Assembly (NCBI RefSeq): GCF_000143415.4
Contig: NW_003314638.1
Coordinates: forward strand, 1-8,574
Source of the DNA: Selaginella moellendorffii
Taxonomy: Eukaryota > Plantae > Lycopodiophyta
Length of the DNA stretch: 8,574 bases
Direction: 5' to 3'
The notes under the pieces were generated by a model that ran no database searches, was not told the origin of the DNA, and worked only from the letters and a program-made list of their open reading frames with translations. Below are positions 6,897 through 8,574 of this stretch, one piece after another; position 1 is the stretch's first letter, and the number at the start of each line of letters is the position of its first letter. Position numbers and translations under genes: made by a program.

Positions 6897-7342
6897 CTCC
6901 AAACCCGACACCATCCAAGGCAGCTTTCAACCTTCATCACCACCTTGTTCGGATTGTTATTGAGCAAGCATTTGGACTTCTTAAAATGAAGTTCAGATGC
7001 TTGGATCAAAAACAAAGGATCCAGCCAAAGTACCTTCCCAACATCATCAAGAGTTGTTGCATTTTGCACAATTTCTTGATTGATGCTGGGGAGACTGATC
7101 TTCAGGCGGAGATCCAAGCTTGGAGGAAAGAGGTGAAAAGGCTCAAGGACCAGGACTTCTTTGTCGATTACGGTGATCCCGAGCAAGCGGAAGGGGAGCC
7201 TCGTGAGGAGTTGCACAGTCCAGAGGATGTGAAAGAGGTTAGAGAGAACCTCACGTTTTCCCTCTGTCTTTGCCAGTGGCGTTCGTGTTTGCTTTGAAAT
7301 TTGCCGGGAAACATTTGAATTTGAATTACGTGAATTTTAAGT

Positions 7343-7527
7343 GTTCGAATGCATTGTTTTTAAGTGCGAATCCCAGGGTGTTTTTCCACTTAAATCTAAG
7401 ACATGTGCGAATGCAAAAGTCCTTATAAGTTTACTTTGCAACACAAATATTTTCAATGTGCGAACCCAACTTTCTTAATTTTTAAAGTGGGTCGCTTAAG
7501 TTTTTTTTCACTAAATTAATGTTCGAA
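7343..7527 (+). repeat. Five GTKCGAA subterminal motifs
   Basis: GTTCGAA at 7343 and 7521, and GTGCGAA at 7364, 7405 and 7458, all co-oriented in AT-rich DNA just 3' of the transposase. Confidence 0.75.
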
Positions 7528-7759
7528 TTGGTCCTTTCTCAACATAAAAGATAATGTTTTGCCAAGCTTACCACAGCCACTGGCAACCTTGATTGCCAAT
7601 GATGTTGTCCTTGGCTGTGGTATCTATAACCATACAGCTAGGGCCAAAGTTACACCACCAATGGCCCATAGCAAGCACAGCCATGGTGGCACAAGGTCTC
7701 GGCCATGGCTAGCACTACCTTGGCTGGCCTTAGCCGTGGCATACCCATCTACTAGAGGA

Positions 7760-8055
7760 GAGCTGTTGTAGGAGGAGTGTTAGAGGAGTTGGAGGAGAGC
7801 TGTTGCAGGAGAAATGCTGGAGGAGCTGAAGAGCTGTTATAGGAGGAGTGCTGGAGGAGCTGGAGGAGACTCAATGCACAAGGGGTTTTAGAGGAGCTAG
7901 AGGGTGAGAAAGAATGATTTGATGAAAATAAATAAAAAACTAAAAAATCCAAGAGTAGAATTGGCAAAAGTACAATGTGGAAGAGAGTTGTTGCAGGAGG
8001 AGCACTAGAGGACATGGAGGAGAGTTGCTACAGGAAGAGTGTTGGAGGGAGGAGA
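7760..8055 (+). repeat. Degenerate purine-rich minisatellite of about 37 bp in two clusters
   Basis: GAGYTGTTRYAGGAGGAGTGYTRGAGGAGYTGGAGGA-like units start at 7760, 7797 (34 nt) and 7831, then at 7985 and 8022, separated by an A-rich spacer. Confidence 0.8.
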
Positions 8056-8574
8056 TATGTTGCATTGGAGGAAAGTAAGAGCCACTAGAGGAGCCACTAG
8101 CCACTAAGGGCACTAGAGGAAAATAAGAGTTGCTAGGTGGAGAGTTGGGCATTATACACAATACCATCTACAATAACTAACCCTAACAGAACTCAAATGG
8201 ATATAATTTTCTGCATTGCACTATGCAACAACGTTTGGTTTGCTTTGATATTGTCAATTTTTTACATAAATAAAAAATTTATATGATGTACTCATTTTAA
8301 TACATTTTTTTATTCATATGTACTTCTTGTTTATCTCTCAAAGAGTTCAACTAATGTTTTTTTTTATCAATTTTATTCTTCCTATAGCAAGCTTAAAGCA
8401 AATAGTGAAGAATATAGGGAAGAAGTCCTACACTCTTGCAATACTAAAATCTTGCAAACTTTCCTTTAAGAACATTATTACTAGTCAAAAAGTTCACTTT
8501 TTTTGAGTAGTCTGATGTGTTTGTCTTTAAAGCATGTCCAATAACAGCAAACCAGGAACTTTTACTGCTCCTCA

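Larger units (their letters stand above)
5959..7297 (+). pseudogene. PIF/Harbinger (HARBI1/ALP1-like, DDE_Tnp_4) transposase pseudogene with three short introns
   Basis: Reconstructed motifs: WWVKPR, LADKFSIGESTAHEIV (HTH), VAGAIDCT (D at 6481), YYDRKQQYSVILQGVCD..KRF..VYAGWPGRVHD, YLMGDKGY (D at 6797), RIVIEQAFGLLKMKFRCL (E at 6962), CCILHNF. There is a frameshift at about 6490 where the conserved H after DCT is missing. The intron 1 junction is out of phase unless the 6400 donor is used. The 5' start is undefined. Confidence 0.92.
4772..7534 (+). mobile_element. Degenerate PIF/Harbinger DNA transposon (boundaries approximate)
   Basis: Co-oriented Myb/SANT-like ORF plus HARBI1-like DDE transposase, flanked by AT-rich DNA with subterminal GTKCGAA repeats on the right. 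The ends rest only on a weak 7-bp inverted match (GGACCAA 4772-4778 / TTGGTCC 7528-7534), and there is no clean TAA/TTA target-site duplication. Confidence 0.8.

Noticed and set aside
4700-7560. Definitive TIRs and a TAA/TTA target-site duplication
   Set aside because: Only a 7-bp inverted match (4772-4778 / 7528-7534) was found, with flanks TCT and TTT. This could be chance.
7559-8506. ORFs 7559-7771, 7752-8015, 7940-8167 and 8318-8506
   Set aside because: They are low-complexity translations of minisatellite or AT-rich DNA.

Overview
Eukaryotic nuclear DNA from a seed-free land plant. The 50-54 nt introns and the PPR/DYW style suggest a lycophyte such as Selaginella (inference). Two main units are present. 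(1) 982-3717(+): an apparently intronless PLS-class PPR RNA-editing factor with a C-terminal DYW deaminase domain, most like the DYW:WW clade and ending in NYF. It is interrupted by a 365-nt assembly gap and expanded by about 3.5 near-identical 333-bp S-P-long-L triplets. Unexpectedly, it starts with a PDF motif of the kind known from organellar ssDNA-binding OSB/pTAC9 proteins. (2) About 4770-7534: a decayed PIF/Harbinger DNA transposon. It carries an acidic repeat-rich ORF, a frameshifted Myb/SANT-trihelix ORF that runs in frame into a three-intron DDE transposase pseudogene, and GTKCGAA subterminal repeats. Also present are a highly base-paired GC-rich island ending in a T tract (about 300-545), a short upstream direct repeat, a (GT)9 microsatellite and a degenerate 37-bp minisatellite.
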